From an uncultured virus (IMG/VR IMGVR_UViG_3300020047_007813) (lineage: Duplodnaviria > Heunggongvirae > Uroviricota > Caudoviricetes): a stretch of 64,000 bases of DNA. The stretch is taken from the IMG/VR virus record IMGVR_UViG_3300020047_007813, one strand, 5' to 3'. A model generated the notes under the pieces. That model saw only the letters and a list, made by a program, of their open reading frames with translations. It was not told where the DNA came from and did no database searches. Position 1 is the first letter of the stretch; the number at the start of each line of letters is the position of its first letter. Below, piece after piece: positions 47,613 to 59,200 of this stretch. The translations under genes and the position numbers were made by a program.

Positions 47613-48262
47613 ACATTAACGACTATAAGATAACACAGGATGAGTACAATACCTTAACCTACAATGTAACCGCTTGTAAGACTAAGGATATTTTAAAAAC
47701 GTTTCCTGAACTTACGCAAATCCCTGAATTTGCTATACCTATATCCATAAAGGATAAAAATACAGTGATTAAGTTTATTGTGCTGTTTTATGACAAAAAC
47801 ACTCCATTGCGCAAGATTGAGAAGGAAAGCGACAGGAAGGTGTATGCTGCTATGATAGCAGGGTTTGACTACAGCATAGATACGGGATTGTTTGCGCCTG
47901 AAATTGACACTATACTGCGTTGTAAAGACGGACCTGTAAACCACATGATTATTGGTTATCTGCGCCACATATCAAGTGTTCAGTATTCTACCATGGTTGT
48001 TGGTTACGAAATGTTTTACCAAAAGCTAGAGGTAATCATGGAGAATAAGAAAAAGGGAGCTGCTGCAGAAGCTGCGCGTGGTAAGATGTGGGAGCAAGCC
48101 ATGAAGCTGAAAGACAACCTGGAAGTAATGGCTGAAAAACTTACATCTGAAAAAAATCCGTTTTTAAAGGAGGACTTGTACCGGGTAGTGAATGTGGAGT
48201 TGAATAAAAACATGATGATATTCCCGGAGGATAGGGTACTAGCTAAGAAAACTAATGGCTAA
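47609..48262 (+). CDS. hypothetical protein upstream of TerL (terminase small subunit candidate)
   Basis: 217 aa, helical, overlaps the TerL start. Confidence 0.35.
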   Translation: MNINDYKITQDEYNTLTYNVTACKTKDILKTFPELTQIPEFAIPISIKDKNTVIKFIVLFYDKNTPLRKIEKESDRKVYAAMIAGFDYSIDTGLFAPEIDTILRCKDGPVNHMIIGYLRHISSVQYSTMVVGYEMFYQKLEVIMENKKKGAAAEAARGKMWEQAMKLKDNLEVMAEKLTSEKNPFLKEDLYRVVNVELNKNMMIFPEDRVLAKKTNG

Positions 48263-50405
48263 ATACAGATATAAGAGTTCTGATAAGAGTATTGTTTACC
48301 ATGCTGACGACCCGAAGCTGGATAACATAACCGTTATGCTACCCGAGCCTCCATCATTTGAGGACACGTTAGGTTTCGGGCTTAGCCCTGATGAGCAGTA
48401 TTGGGACAACTACCAACGGCTAAATCCTATACCGAATAAGCTGGCCGCTTTAAAAAAACTAAAGACCTCTGACCACCAAAAACGGCAAGAGATTTTAGAT
48501 AACGAGGTATATTATGCTGATGAAATTGACTTTATAAAACAAGAGTGGGAGAGATCCGAGCAAGGGGGCAAAGGCTTGTGGTTGTTTATAAATGGCAAAC
48601 AATACTGGATGCCACCGGAGATGTATTTTTATTTACGTGAGTGGACGATTGGAGATAGCCACCCCAGGTATTATAAACGCGACTGGAAATATTGGGTATT
48701 CTCTAACTTCAGCGACAACGACCCTTGCTCCTATGGGTTTAACTATGTAAAGTTCAGGCGTGAAGGGGCAACGACCAAAGTAAGTTGTTGGAGATATTGG
48801 CGCACGATGCAAAACCGAAATCATAAAGCCGGTTGCCAATCAAAGAATGATGACCATGCAGAGGAGGTGCACACAGCTTTTGTTATGGCCCCGTGGAAGA
48901 AACTATCATTTTGGTTTCGGCCTATATGGGATAACGATACGAAAAACACTTCCGAGATTAATTTTTTCGCACCGGTTGCAAAGAACGATCCTTGGTTTGG
49001 AGAGGAGTCTTTAGATAGCGTTATTGACTACAAGGATGCTGGTATATTTGCTTATGATGGCGTAAAACAACATAGCTTCCATAATGATGAGGTAGGTAAA
49101 ATGCCGGTTGTTGATGTCAACGAGCGATGGCAGGTGCAGCGCCCGTGCTTTGAGCAAGGTGCAAGGATTATAGGCAAAGCTCGCAACACAAGTACCGTTG
49201 CCGAGATGGATAAAAAAGGGGGTCGTAGGTTTAAGATATTATGCGATGACTCCCACTATGGCAAGCGCAATGAAAATGGCAGAACAAAGTCAGGGCTGTA
49301 CAATCTTTTCATTAGTGCTACTGACGGTTACGAAATGGCGAAGGCTGACGTAGCAAAGACTATGGCTCAGTTAGGCATGGACCCAACAACGGCCACTGAC
49401 TATCCTGACAAGTTTGGAGAGTGTAACGAATTGGTTACACATAAGTACATGACCAATACACGCCAGGCTTTCCTTGATGATGGCGATATAGTCAAGTATA
49501 TAGAGGAGTGTCGGCAGTTTCCTATGCGTTGGGATGATTGTTGGATGGAAAGTAGCCGAAGCCAAAACTTTAATATGCTTAAAATTGAGCGTAGGTTAGC
49601 AGAGCTTAGTGATGACAAATATTACTATACTCATGTGAAACGCGGAAATTTTAAGTGGGAAAACGATATCCGTGATAGTAAAGTAATTTTCGAGGAGTCA
49701 GAAACAGGTAAGTTTTACGTGTCGTTTTTGTTTGATCAGGACGGACTTGCTAACAAGCATTATTGGAGTAACAACATGCGGCATCCCGGGAATACAAACA
49801 AATTCCATGCGGGAGCTGACCCGTTTAAGTTTAAAAAGACTAGGACAAATAAGCGTTCTGATGGTGGTGGAGCTGTGTTTATGATGCGCGATGGCAGCGT
49901 TGACCATGCCTTGTTAGACATATCGCAATGGACCACTAACCGTTTTTGCTGTACTTATAGCAACCGGCCAAAAGATAAAACTGAATATGGCGAGGATATG
50001 TTGATGATGTGCGTATATTACGGGTGCGAAATGTACCCTGAAATCAATGTAGAATTTATTTGGGAATATTTTGAGGAAAGAGGTTACTTTGCATATCTGA
50101 CGTTTGGTGTCAATAGAAAAACTCTTAAAATAGAGAACACCCCAGGTGGATATTCGAGAGGCGCAGCCATTGAGGAGATATTCAGAGAATACCATAGCTA
50201 TATTGAGAACCATTGTGAACGGGAGGTGCATCGTGAGATATTGCAACAGTGCAAGGAGATTGACGATGATATGGGCGATTATGACTTGTTTGTTGCCGGT
50301 GGGCATGCAATGGTGGGGATTAAAAAGAATGCGTTTAATCCAACTGCGGATCAGATGAAGAAATGGGAGGAGGATGACTATTTTGGACTCCACGATATTG
50401 ACTAA
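48255..50405 (+). CDS. terL: terminase large subunit
   Basis: KFRREGAT (Walker A variant), HNDEVGK, AGADP, YPEIN, DYDL; crAss-like size. Confidence 0.85.
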   Translation: MAKYRYKSSDKSIVYHADDPKLDNITVMLPEPPSFEDTLGFGLSPDEQYWDNYQRLNPIPNKLAALKKLKTSDHQKRQEILDNEVYYADEIDFIKQEWERSEQGGKGLWLFINGKQYWMPPEMYFYLREWTIGDSHPRYYKRDWKYWVFSNFSDNDPCSYGFNYVKFRREGATTKVSCWRYWRTMQNRNHKAGCQSKNDDHAEEVHTAFVMAPWKKLSFWFRPIWDNDTKNTSEINFFAPVAKNDPWFGEESLDSVIDYKDAGIFAYDGVKQHSFHNDEVGKMPVVDVNERWQVQRPCFEQGARIIGKARNTSTVAEMDKKGGRRFKILCDDSHYGKRNENGRTKSGLYNLFISATDGYEMAKADVAKTMAQLGMDPTTATDYPDKFGECNELVTHKYMTNTRQAFLDDGDIVKYIEECRQFPMRWDDCWMESSRSQNFNMLKIERRLAELSDDKYYYTHVKRGNFKWENDIRDSKVIFEESETGKFYVSFLFDQDGLANKHYWSNNMRHPGNTNKFHAGADPFKFKKTRTNKRSDGGGAVFMMRDGSVDHALLDISQWTTNRFCCTYSNRPKDKTEYGEDMLMMCVYYGCEMYPEINVEFIWEYFEERGYFAYLTFGVNRKTLKIENTPGGYSRGAAIEEIFREYHSYIENHCEREVHREILQQCKEIDDDMGDYDLFVAGGHAMVGIKKNAFNPTADQMKKWEEDDYFGLHDID

Positions 50406-50426
50406 TTAAACTAATACTAATACATC

Positions 50427-52706
50427 ATGCAATTACCTTTCGTAAAAAATTATTTAGGCTCGGTTTTTATGAACCCCTCAGATGACATCAACCCTGATAT
50501 CAAAAAGGGCGACACGGCATGGTTTCTAAAAAAGGCATCCTATGTTTATAGTCAATATGTGAGTAACAACTGTGCTATCAAATATACCGACCTCGAAGGT
50601 ATGCGTGAGTCCAGGTTGTACTCGGACGGACTAAACTCGGTTGAGAAATACAAGGACACTTTATGTCCTCGTACAGTTAAAAAAGGAAAAGTGTCTGACA
50701 AACGCAAGGGGCTATACAACATCAGTTGGGATATATTCGCAATCTATCCAAAGTTTCGCAAGAAGATTATGGGATTGTTTGACGAAATAGACTACTACCC
50801 ATGCGCCACTGCTGTTGATGAGATGTCAGATAGCAAACGCCAGGGTTTAATGTTCTCTATGTGGGCAGAAAAAGAAAATGCAGCATTCCTAAAACATTAC
50901 GATGCCATTACCGGAGCATCAGCTCAACAAGACCAAAAATCACCTAACTTGCCTATTGAGCCACAATCATTAGAGGAGTTGCACATGCTTGCAAGCATGG
51001 GAGCTTTTAAACTCTTGGAGGAGATTGAGATGGAGAAGCTGATCAACTGGAGTTTAAACATGAGCAACCGGAAAGAGATTAAGAAAAAAGTTATTCGAGA
51101 TTTCATTGACTATGGCAGAGCTATTGTTAAAGACTATACTGATGTTGTTGATGGTCGCGCAAAAGTAGAGCGCATTGACCCGCTGTTTGGCGTAATTAAC
51201 TATACCAAACAAGGGCAAGCTGACGAGATAACCGAAGCAGGAGTTATCCGGTTTTACTCATTGGCTGCTCTTAAAGACTATGGCTTATCTGACCAGCAGC
51301 TTATAAAGGTAGCCAAGGGCTATAACGGACAAATGGGCAACATGCCTTTTGCATGGAACGCAGGCTATGACCAAGCCTATAATACGCCAATGTTTAATCC
51401 AATGAAATGCGCTGTCCTTGACTTTGAGTTTGAGAGTGTAGACACGAGGCTATATAAGATTGTGAACTCACGCGGCATGGACGTGGCCGAGCTTGACGAG
51501 AATCCTGATCGTACCGCTAAGCGTGTTGCAAAAGGACAAGTCGTGTCCAAAAAAGACAAAACTAAAAGATGGTACCGCTGCAAGTGGGTTATTGGCACTG
51601 ATATTATTTTTGACTACGGCTATCAATACGATGTAGCCTATAACCATGATGACAAGCCACGCTCATCCTTTACCATGTATAAAGTTGACGAGCGTTCTAT
51701 AACCGATACCTGCAAGGCTATTATTGATGACATTCAAATCATTGTTTTGAAGCTGCGTAATGCAGAAGCAGAAGCAGCTCCATCAGGTTTAAAAATTGAG
51801 TGGGGGTCACTTTCTGAAATTGCACTTGGAGGAGATAGTGGCACGTTACAGCCATTGGAGCTGATGAAGCTCCGTAGGCAGTCCGGGGATATCGTGTTTA
51901 AATATGCCCGTGACAAAAATGGTCAGATTATACAGGGAGCTAACAACCCTATTGAGGAAATCAAAGGCGGTATAGGCCCGTTATTGAATGAATTGCTGTT
52001 GTCGTATGCGGAGAAGATAAACATGTTACGGATGGTTACTGGCATCAATGATATCGCTGATGGCTCAACACCTAACCCAAACATGCCGGTTAAAACTTCC
52101 GAGATGGCAAGAGCAAGTACCAACGATATATTAAAGCCTATATTGAGTGGCTATCAGGATATTCAAAAGTCGGTTGCTACAAATCTTTCTTTGCGCTGGC
52201 AACATATAGTACGCTTTGGAAGCAAAGAAAGCATAACCGGATTTACGCAAGCTGTAGGCGCACCTGGAATGCAGATAATTAAACTGTCTTCTGATGTTTC
52301 GGCTGCTACTATGGGTATCACTTTTGAGGCGCTTATTGATGACAATTTCCGTCAACGCATAGAGAATGCCGCGTTAGAAAGTATGAGAGCTGCAAAGAAC
52401 AATATGCCGGGTATCACCCTTAATGATTACTTTGTTATCTTGCGTTGTATGGATAGTGGTCAAATGAAATTTGCTGAAATGTACCTTGCTTATCGTGAGC
52501 AACAAGAAACCCAAAAACAACAAGCGATTGCGGCACAAAACTCCAAAGCGCAAAGTGATGGTTTGATGCAAGCTGAACAAGCGAAGACACAAAAGGAATT
52601 GGCAATTATTGATGCTAAGTCAAAAGCAAAAATAGCGGAGATCATGGCGCAAGGTGCCGAGGATAGAAAAACCCTTGCGGTTACGCCACAAAAGGCAGTT
52701 GCTTAA
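50427..52706 (+). CDS. portal protein
   Basis: 759 aa after TerL; NISWDI..PKF, LRMVTGINDIADGSTP motifs of crAss-like portals. Confidence 0.85.
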   Translation: MQLPFVKNYLGSVFMNPSDDINPDIKKGDTAWFLKKASYVYSQYVSNNCAIKYTDLEGMRESRLYSDGLNSVEKYKDTLCPRTVKKGKVSDKRKGLYNISWDIFAIYPKFRKKIMGLFDEIDYYPCATAVDEMSDSKRQGLMFSMWAEKENAAFLKHYDAITGASAQQDQKSPNLPIEPQSLEELHMLASMGAFKLLEEIEMEKLINWSLNMSNRKEIKKKVIRDFIDYGRAIVKDYTDVVDGRAKVERIDPLFGVINYTKQGQADEITEAGVIRFYSLAALKDYGLSDQQLIKVAKGYNGQMGNMPFAWNAGYDQAYNTPMFNPMKCAVLDFEFESVDTRLYKIVNSRGMDVAELDENPDRTAKRVAKGQVVSKKDKTKRWYRCKWVIGTDIIFDYGYQYDVAYNHDDKPRSSFTMYKVDERSITDTCKAIIDDIQIIVLKLRNAEAEAAPSGLKIEWGSLSEIALGGDSGTLQPLELMKLRRQSGDIVFKYARDKNGQIIQGANNPIEEIKGGIGPLLNELLLSYAEKINMLRMVTGINDIADGSTPNPNMPVKTSEMARASTNDILKPILSGYQDIQKSVATNLSLRWQHIVRFGSKESITGFTQAVGAPGMQIIKLSSDVSAATMGITFEALIDDNFRQRIENAALESMRAAKNNMPGITLNDYFVILRCMDSGQMKFAEMYLAYREQQETQKQQAIAAQNSKAQSDGLMQAEQAKTQKELAIIDAKSKAKIAEIMAQGAEDRKTLAVTPQKAVA

Positions 52707-53218
52707 GGCTTGTAGTATTCAAACGTATGCGAACACGATACAGAAACACCTGTAGGAACAATCATTGGAGGAACAACACCTTGGTCATTCGGCTCAATAA
52801 CTGTTGCATCATTGTTAGCTGTAGTCAATAAGCTGCCGCCAGGTACGATAACCGTTTTAGATATGCCCATTACAGACAAGTCTTTTAAAACAGGGTTGCA
52901 AGCTCTTGATGCTGCACCTGAGAAACCAGCTACGCTTGCATTTTTCAAATACATTAGCGTGTCGTTCACAACATAGTCAATCTCTTGTATCTCCGTATCT
53001 GAGATAATCAAGTATTGTGCTTTTAAAGATGTTGTGCCACCTTTGTTCTCTGATGTATATTGCGTAAGCTCGCTAACAAATGCCGTACCTGTTCCGATTA
53101 CTTGTTTTGAACCCGCTGCACATGTTATTGTGCCAGTTAGCGCTGCCACTACAGGAGCCGGTACTATTGTTAGTGCCGCTGATGTAAATCCGTTTACGAA
53201 TGCTCTTACTACTGCCAT
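52703..53218 (-). CDS. small structural protein
   Basis: TGTIT...VIGTGTAF..EL fibre-like motif; TACATTTG box at 53235-53242. Confidence 0.45.
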   Translation of the reverse strand: MAVVRAFVNGFTSAALTIVPAPVVAALTGTITCAAGSKQVIGTGTAFVSELTQYTSENKGGTTSLKAQYLIISDTEIQEIDYVVNDTLMYLKNASVAGFSGAASRACNPVLKDLSVMGISKTVIVPGGSLLTTANNDATVIEPNDQGVVPPMIVPTGVSVSCSHTFEYYKP

Positions 53219-53244
53219 GATATTTTAGTTTTTACAAATGTATG

Positions 53245-56200
53245 TTATTTTTTAATTGGATATAGTTCTTCTGATCGGTAAATTCTTTTTGATAACGCAT
53301 TGCTGTCAAGCTGATTTAAAATACCACCCATCATTACCGAGTGCAAGTGGTCAATAAATGCCGCAGTAACCTTTACACCGGTAGTGTTATATATAGCCTT
53401 GCTAATGTCCTCTGCTCCTTGTGTACCATACTTTAGCTTAACCTCCCAAGGCATAATGTTGTCATTGCCTGCGTAATAAGCCTTAGCAAGCCTCTCATTA
53501 GTCAATGGATAGCCATTGTAAGAGTTAATGCCTCGTAATTCCTCATATCCAAACTTCAATAAAGGATTGGTATTTGCTGCAATAGCATTGCCGAGCTTCA
53601 TTGACTTTTGAGCCAGGTCATCCCCCTCTTTATAATTAAGATTAAGATTGATAGGCGTGGCATTACTCATAGCCTGTACAGCCATGTTTTTAAATGCTTC
53701 GGGATTGTTCTTTTTAAGATAGTCAATGTAGTTAACCACCATTGTATTCGCTGTTGCAGGAAGCCCTCTCAATGGGAGCTTTACATAGTCATCATACTTT
53801 TCTCCATCGTAGTAAAACTGCGAGCCGGTTTTAAACAGTATGTTATTGTTTTTATCAGGATTATTAACGGTGTCAAATGACTTCTCGTCATCATCATTCC
53901 ACATGTTTTTTATAGCTGCATATAGCATAGGCAATAATGCATATACGCCTATTTTTAATATACCCATAGCCAATCCTGATGCAACTTTGTTTTTTCTTAT
54001 GCCCAGTGTGCCACCTTCAGTATTAGTAATTGTCCTCCAATCTGAAAACTCGCCTTTCACCCTTGCGCTGAAAAACTGAAACAGCCCTGACATGTACTTT
54101 GCCCAATTACCTGCCGCTGGAAAGTTGGGTGAGGCCGAACGATTTAAAGTATCAAAAGCAATTTCATCAAGTGCGGCTACTAACTCATCTCCGCTTTTTC
54201 CACTTAGCGCATTCAAGCGTAACACCGTTTCTTTTGCCCACTTCGTAAAGCCAACTCTATCAACGCCCTCTACGTCCATACCTCTAGTGTAAGTGTAAAT
54301 CTTAGGCATTTGTTCTAACGACACCCCTAGCCTTGGTACTGCAGTAAGTATGTATTTCAACATTGACATCGCCTGTTGTGGGGTAGTCATGTTTATTTTC
54401 TCCGTTATTTTATGATTTGGATCATTAAATATATCGTCAAATGCACCGCGAGTAAATGACTTTGATTTCATCCACTCCTCGTATTGCTTGGTCCTGATTC
54501 CGGTAAAGTTTGCTAATAAGCCACTACCCAAAGCCTCAATCATTTGTGGTAATAGTATAACTGCATTAATTGTTTTCTCGGCTATATCCTTGCCGGCTAT
54601 TGCACCATACTTGCTCATGGTCAAGCTTCTGAAATTGTCAATGACACTGTTGGCAAACAAAAATGACGGGCTGTAGGTAATGATACCAGCCCTCGCTACC
54701 TTATTCGCCAGGTTTATCAGCTTCATTACTCCATTCATCTCAAAGTCATTGATGCCGCGTAACGCTTTTGCTGCCTCCTCATTAACGGCTATAAACTTAG
54801 TCTTGCCGTCAATCTTATATTGGATAGGCGCAAATCCTTCCGGTGCCTTTATTTGGTCAATGTTTTTTGGGAACATGAACGGTTGCCCATTAGCATCATA
54901 GCGCAACTCAAAGCCCTCTACTTCTTTAAAGAAATGATTATCCTCGTCCACCTCTCGTAACTTATGGATGCGCTCCATCGTTTTGTTGCGCTCTCCCAAT
55001 ATCCTTGACTTGTAAATCATTTCAGCCATGCGGTCAAAGATGTTGTTTACCGCAAAGCCAGGATCAGCTAATTTAATACTCTCATTGGTGTATTGCTCCT
55101 CCGTTAAAGTGCCTGCGCTATACATGCCGTCAAGAAGCTCCTGTGCACCTCGGTAAAACTCATCCTGAGTAATTATCTTGTGGTCAACGCCTGCTTGTAG
55201 TTTATTCAAGTCGTTTAACGTGAAGTCAGCGGGCTTGCTACTGATACCTTTTATTTTGTGCAGTACAGTTGACTGTGCTTTGCCGTCTGCTTTTTTAGTA
55301 AGATTGGTAAAAATATTTTGCACCACGCTAAATGGAGCATAGAAATCTTTACTATCCATTACTGCATCCAGTGTTTCTTGCGAAATCAAACCGCCCTCAT
55401 ATAGCTCCAACATTATGCCGTCAGCATGCTTTTGGAATAACTCGCCTCTGTCAACTACCTTTTGATATTGTGATGGGCTTAACCGGTCTTGGATATTCTC
55501 TAATTGAGCAAGCGCCTGTTGAATGGTTACGTTACCGGTAGCTTTGATGTTGTCCTGATCCTTTAACCGGTCAATTACTCGTCTTGCAGCTATGTACTCA
55601 TGCAATGACTGCAGCTCTGTGTTAGACAATCCTTTTAATACCTCATCCACAAAGTCCTCCACTGCAAGTTTTGCCGGGCCTGTATAGCTTTGCTCAAATA
55701 CGCGGCCTAATGGCACCCGGCTCATGCGTTGTGCATTAGGGTATTTTTTAAGTACGTCATCCTCTAACCTGGTTACATACACAAATGGGTTATCAATGTG
55801 CTTGCTTAAATTCAAAAAGAAATCCTTAACCTTACCTGGGAGCGTTGATGGCTTGTCCTTTGGGTTAAGCATTTGGTTAAACATTTCCTGCGCTACTTTC
55901 TTTTCAGCATCGGATATAGGCTGATTGGGTAATGCAAAGGATGGTGTTTTGCCTATACGCAACATAGTGGCTCGCATACGTGCCTTAAATGTTTTTTCCT
56001 CTGCTAACGACATTACAGGACCGCCCGCTGCAGCAAGCTCATTCTTAGCATGTGCAAGCCCGTCCTGAATAGCTTTCTCAATCTCGGGCTTAGTGCGTGT
56101 ACCCGCTAATATAGCTTTCTTAGTAAAGTCCATTGTGCCGTTCCATATTGCAGGAAACAAATTGAATGGAGGCATGATGCCAAACAGCTTGTTCTTAATC

Positions 56201-59200
56201 TTTGCGTCATCAAATGCTTTGGCTATACGCTCTTTAGTGTATTTTTCCTTGGCCTTGTTCCATGCATCAACAATAAAGTCATGCGCCTTGTCACCAATAA
56301 CCTTTATGAAGTCAGATAATTTATTCATGCCTTTTTTAAGGTATAGGTAAGCAAGTTTGGTATATGCTGCAGCAAGTTTAACCCGCTTCTTGGTTACGAT
56401 ATTATTCATGCCCAATTCCCCCGCATCGCTATTGTCACCCTCTAAATCATCAATGTCTTTTTTTGCATCATTAATTTCGTCATCAATAGATTTGGCCTCG
56501 GCATCGTATCTGTAAAACTTAGAGCCTTCTTCGGCAGTATCTAAATCGTCATAAGATGTTATTTTTTGAACATCCCCGTTTTCAGAAATAGCATAAATCT
56601 CGTCATCCCAGCCTTCGTTAATTAAATCCATGACTTCGTTAACGCTTCTAATTCTTGTTCCGTCAGCTTCAATAACATCACTTGTTGGTAACGCTTTAGC
56701 TGATTCCGCTGCCATCTCAGATAATGTTTGGTCAATCTTCTTTTGAGTGGCGAGAGCTTCCTCATATTCTTTTGCTCTTGGAAATTCATCGGGCAATTCA
56801 GATAGGTACTTTTCCTTATCTGCTATATCTTTCTCATAAGCGCTTTTTTCGCGTTCATTTGCCAATAAATCGTCTGCAATACCTCTTATTTGACGGTGTG
56901 CAAATGATCCTAAATAAACGGGGTCATCACTTTTTATAGCGGCTTGCACACTTTTATTATTTGGGTTTACAACATATATGCTTGGAGTAAATTCATACCA
57001 AACGGCTTTGCCATTCGACTCAAATGTATAATCTGCCTGCATAACAATATCATACCCTGCAATATGTCCGACAATCTTATGTCCAGATGGCGCAAAACTT
57101 GTGCTTTCTATTGACTTTGTGCTTAAAATAGGGTGCGCCTTAATCATTTCTTTGATATAGTCGCTTTTTACCTGAAGCAATGCTTCTCCTGCAAGTTTGC
57201 GTTCTGTAAACTCCACTCCACCAATTACCTCTTTGAAATTCCACTCTCCTGTTTTTTCATTTTTGGTAGAGTTGCTTTCAAATAGTTTTATGTCTTCCTG
57301 ATTTCTTTTAATACGACTTTCAGTATAAGATAAACCTTGTTCAGACCGGGCTATTTTGTCTTGGACTGTATATTTTTCTTGTGAAAAGCCTTTTTCTGCC
57401 GCATCAAGCTCTTTTACTTTTTTGTCAATCTTAGCTTTTTCAAGCAGTACTGGATTACCGGATATTACTGCGGTCATGGTAGCAAACGAAACTCCGTTTT
57501 CTTCATCACCATCTCCTTCTGATATTTCCCTGACCTTGCCATCTGTTGTTTTCGCCTGGTCTATAAACTGCTGCTTGGTATCAAGTAATTGATATTTGTA
57601 AGCATCAAGCGTGTACTCTGTTGCATAGTAATAAACAGGTAGCTGATTATCGTAAAACTCCTCTGTTATTAAATTGCCTTGTCTTATACCACGTCCGTTA
57701 CGCTGCTCCATGTCCGAAGGTCGCCAAGGAACATCAATATGATGCATGGCAACTATCCTGTTTTGGATGTTTACCCCGGTGCCCAACTTAGATGTTGATC
57801 CGATTATCACCCTTACCTTACCTGACCTTGCATCATTAAACAGTTGTTCTTTTTTTGCAGCCGTATTATAATCATGTATAAATGCTATTTCATTTGCAGG
57901 AATACCACGTTTTACCAACTTGTCTTTTATAGACTGATAAATATTAAAGGTAGCTTCATTCGATTCTGTAATGGCATCGTCAATCTGCTCCTCGCTATAT
58001 TCAAGAATGGTAGCTATTCTTTTCCTAACATCTTTAATTGGTGGATATCTTGGCGTTTCTGAAAATGCAGCAGAGCCAAAAATGGTTTCCAAAGTATCGT
58101 TGTCAATACCTCTACTCTCCAACAAGTCAAACAGGTTTATAGATGGGTTAGCCGACTTAGGCGTACCAATGTCGCTAAACACCAATTGGATGCCCTTGTG
58201 CTTATCGCTTTCTTTGTAATGCTCCAGTATAGTATCTGCGGCTACCCCTAACTTACCAACCTCGCTATCTGCATAAGTTGGGTCAACTAATCGCATATCA
58301 ATAGCCATTTTGCTTGCTAAGTTTGTTGCAAGTAGCATGTAAGCCTTTTTTTGCTTGTCGGTCAATACACGACCAATGCGACTGCCATCTTTAGTTTTGG
58401 CAAACTCTTGTATTCTTTTTCCAAAACGTCTTTGCTCTTTTGTTGGGCTTACGTTAACAAGCAAGCCATTTACGCCTTCTGAATCGGTGTATGGTGTGCT
58501 TACATTTTCGTAATCAAAATTGCCGTTTTTTGCAGGTTGAATATCTTTGCCAACACTGCTTAAACTAAGCCAATGCTCATTTTTGCTCAATCCTTTCATG
58601 CCGCCTATAACCCGGTACTTATTGCCATCAATAAATATAGTTTCGTTTTTGGCAATAGGCTTTGATGTTTTTACTCTGAATGTTTTTTTAAACTCGGGGC
58701 GTGGCAGTTTTAAGTTTTTCTCATTACGAACATCTGCAATTTCTCTATACATGGTTGCCATTTCAGGAACATTCATAAAGTTGCGCATCCTTGTCTTTGG
58801 TTTCAATGAATTGGTTACACCAAATTCTATTTCAGAGCCTACGCTTGCAAATGTATTCGCCCAATTATCAAAAGAGTTTATTCCTAACTCTTTCATTTTA
58901 TTAGGACGCAAATATTTAAACAACAAATACATTTCTACCATTGTATTGCTGATAGGCGTTCCTGATGCAAATACAGTTCCTTTATCAGCACTATAAAACT
59001 TTTGCAATGTCCTTGCAGCAAATAATAAATTAAAGGCTTTTGTTGATCCTTTGGGGTCGCCTAATCCAGCTACGCCACGTTGGATAGTATTATAAGTAAG
59101 GTTTTTAAACTGTTGGCTTTCGTCAACAAACATGAAGTCAATCCCCATTTCCTCAAACGACTTTAGGCTATGGTCTTTTTTCATTAACGCTGCATTTTGC

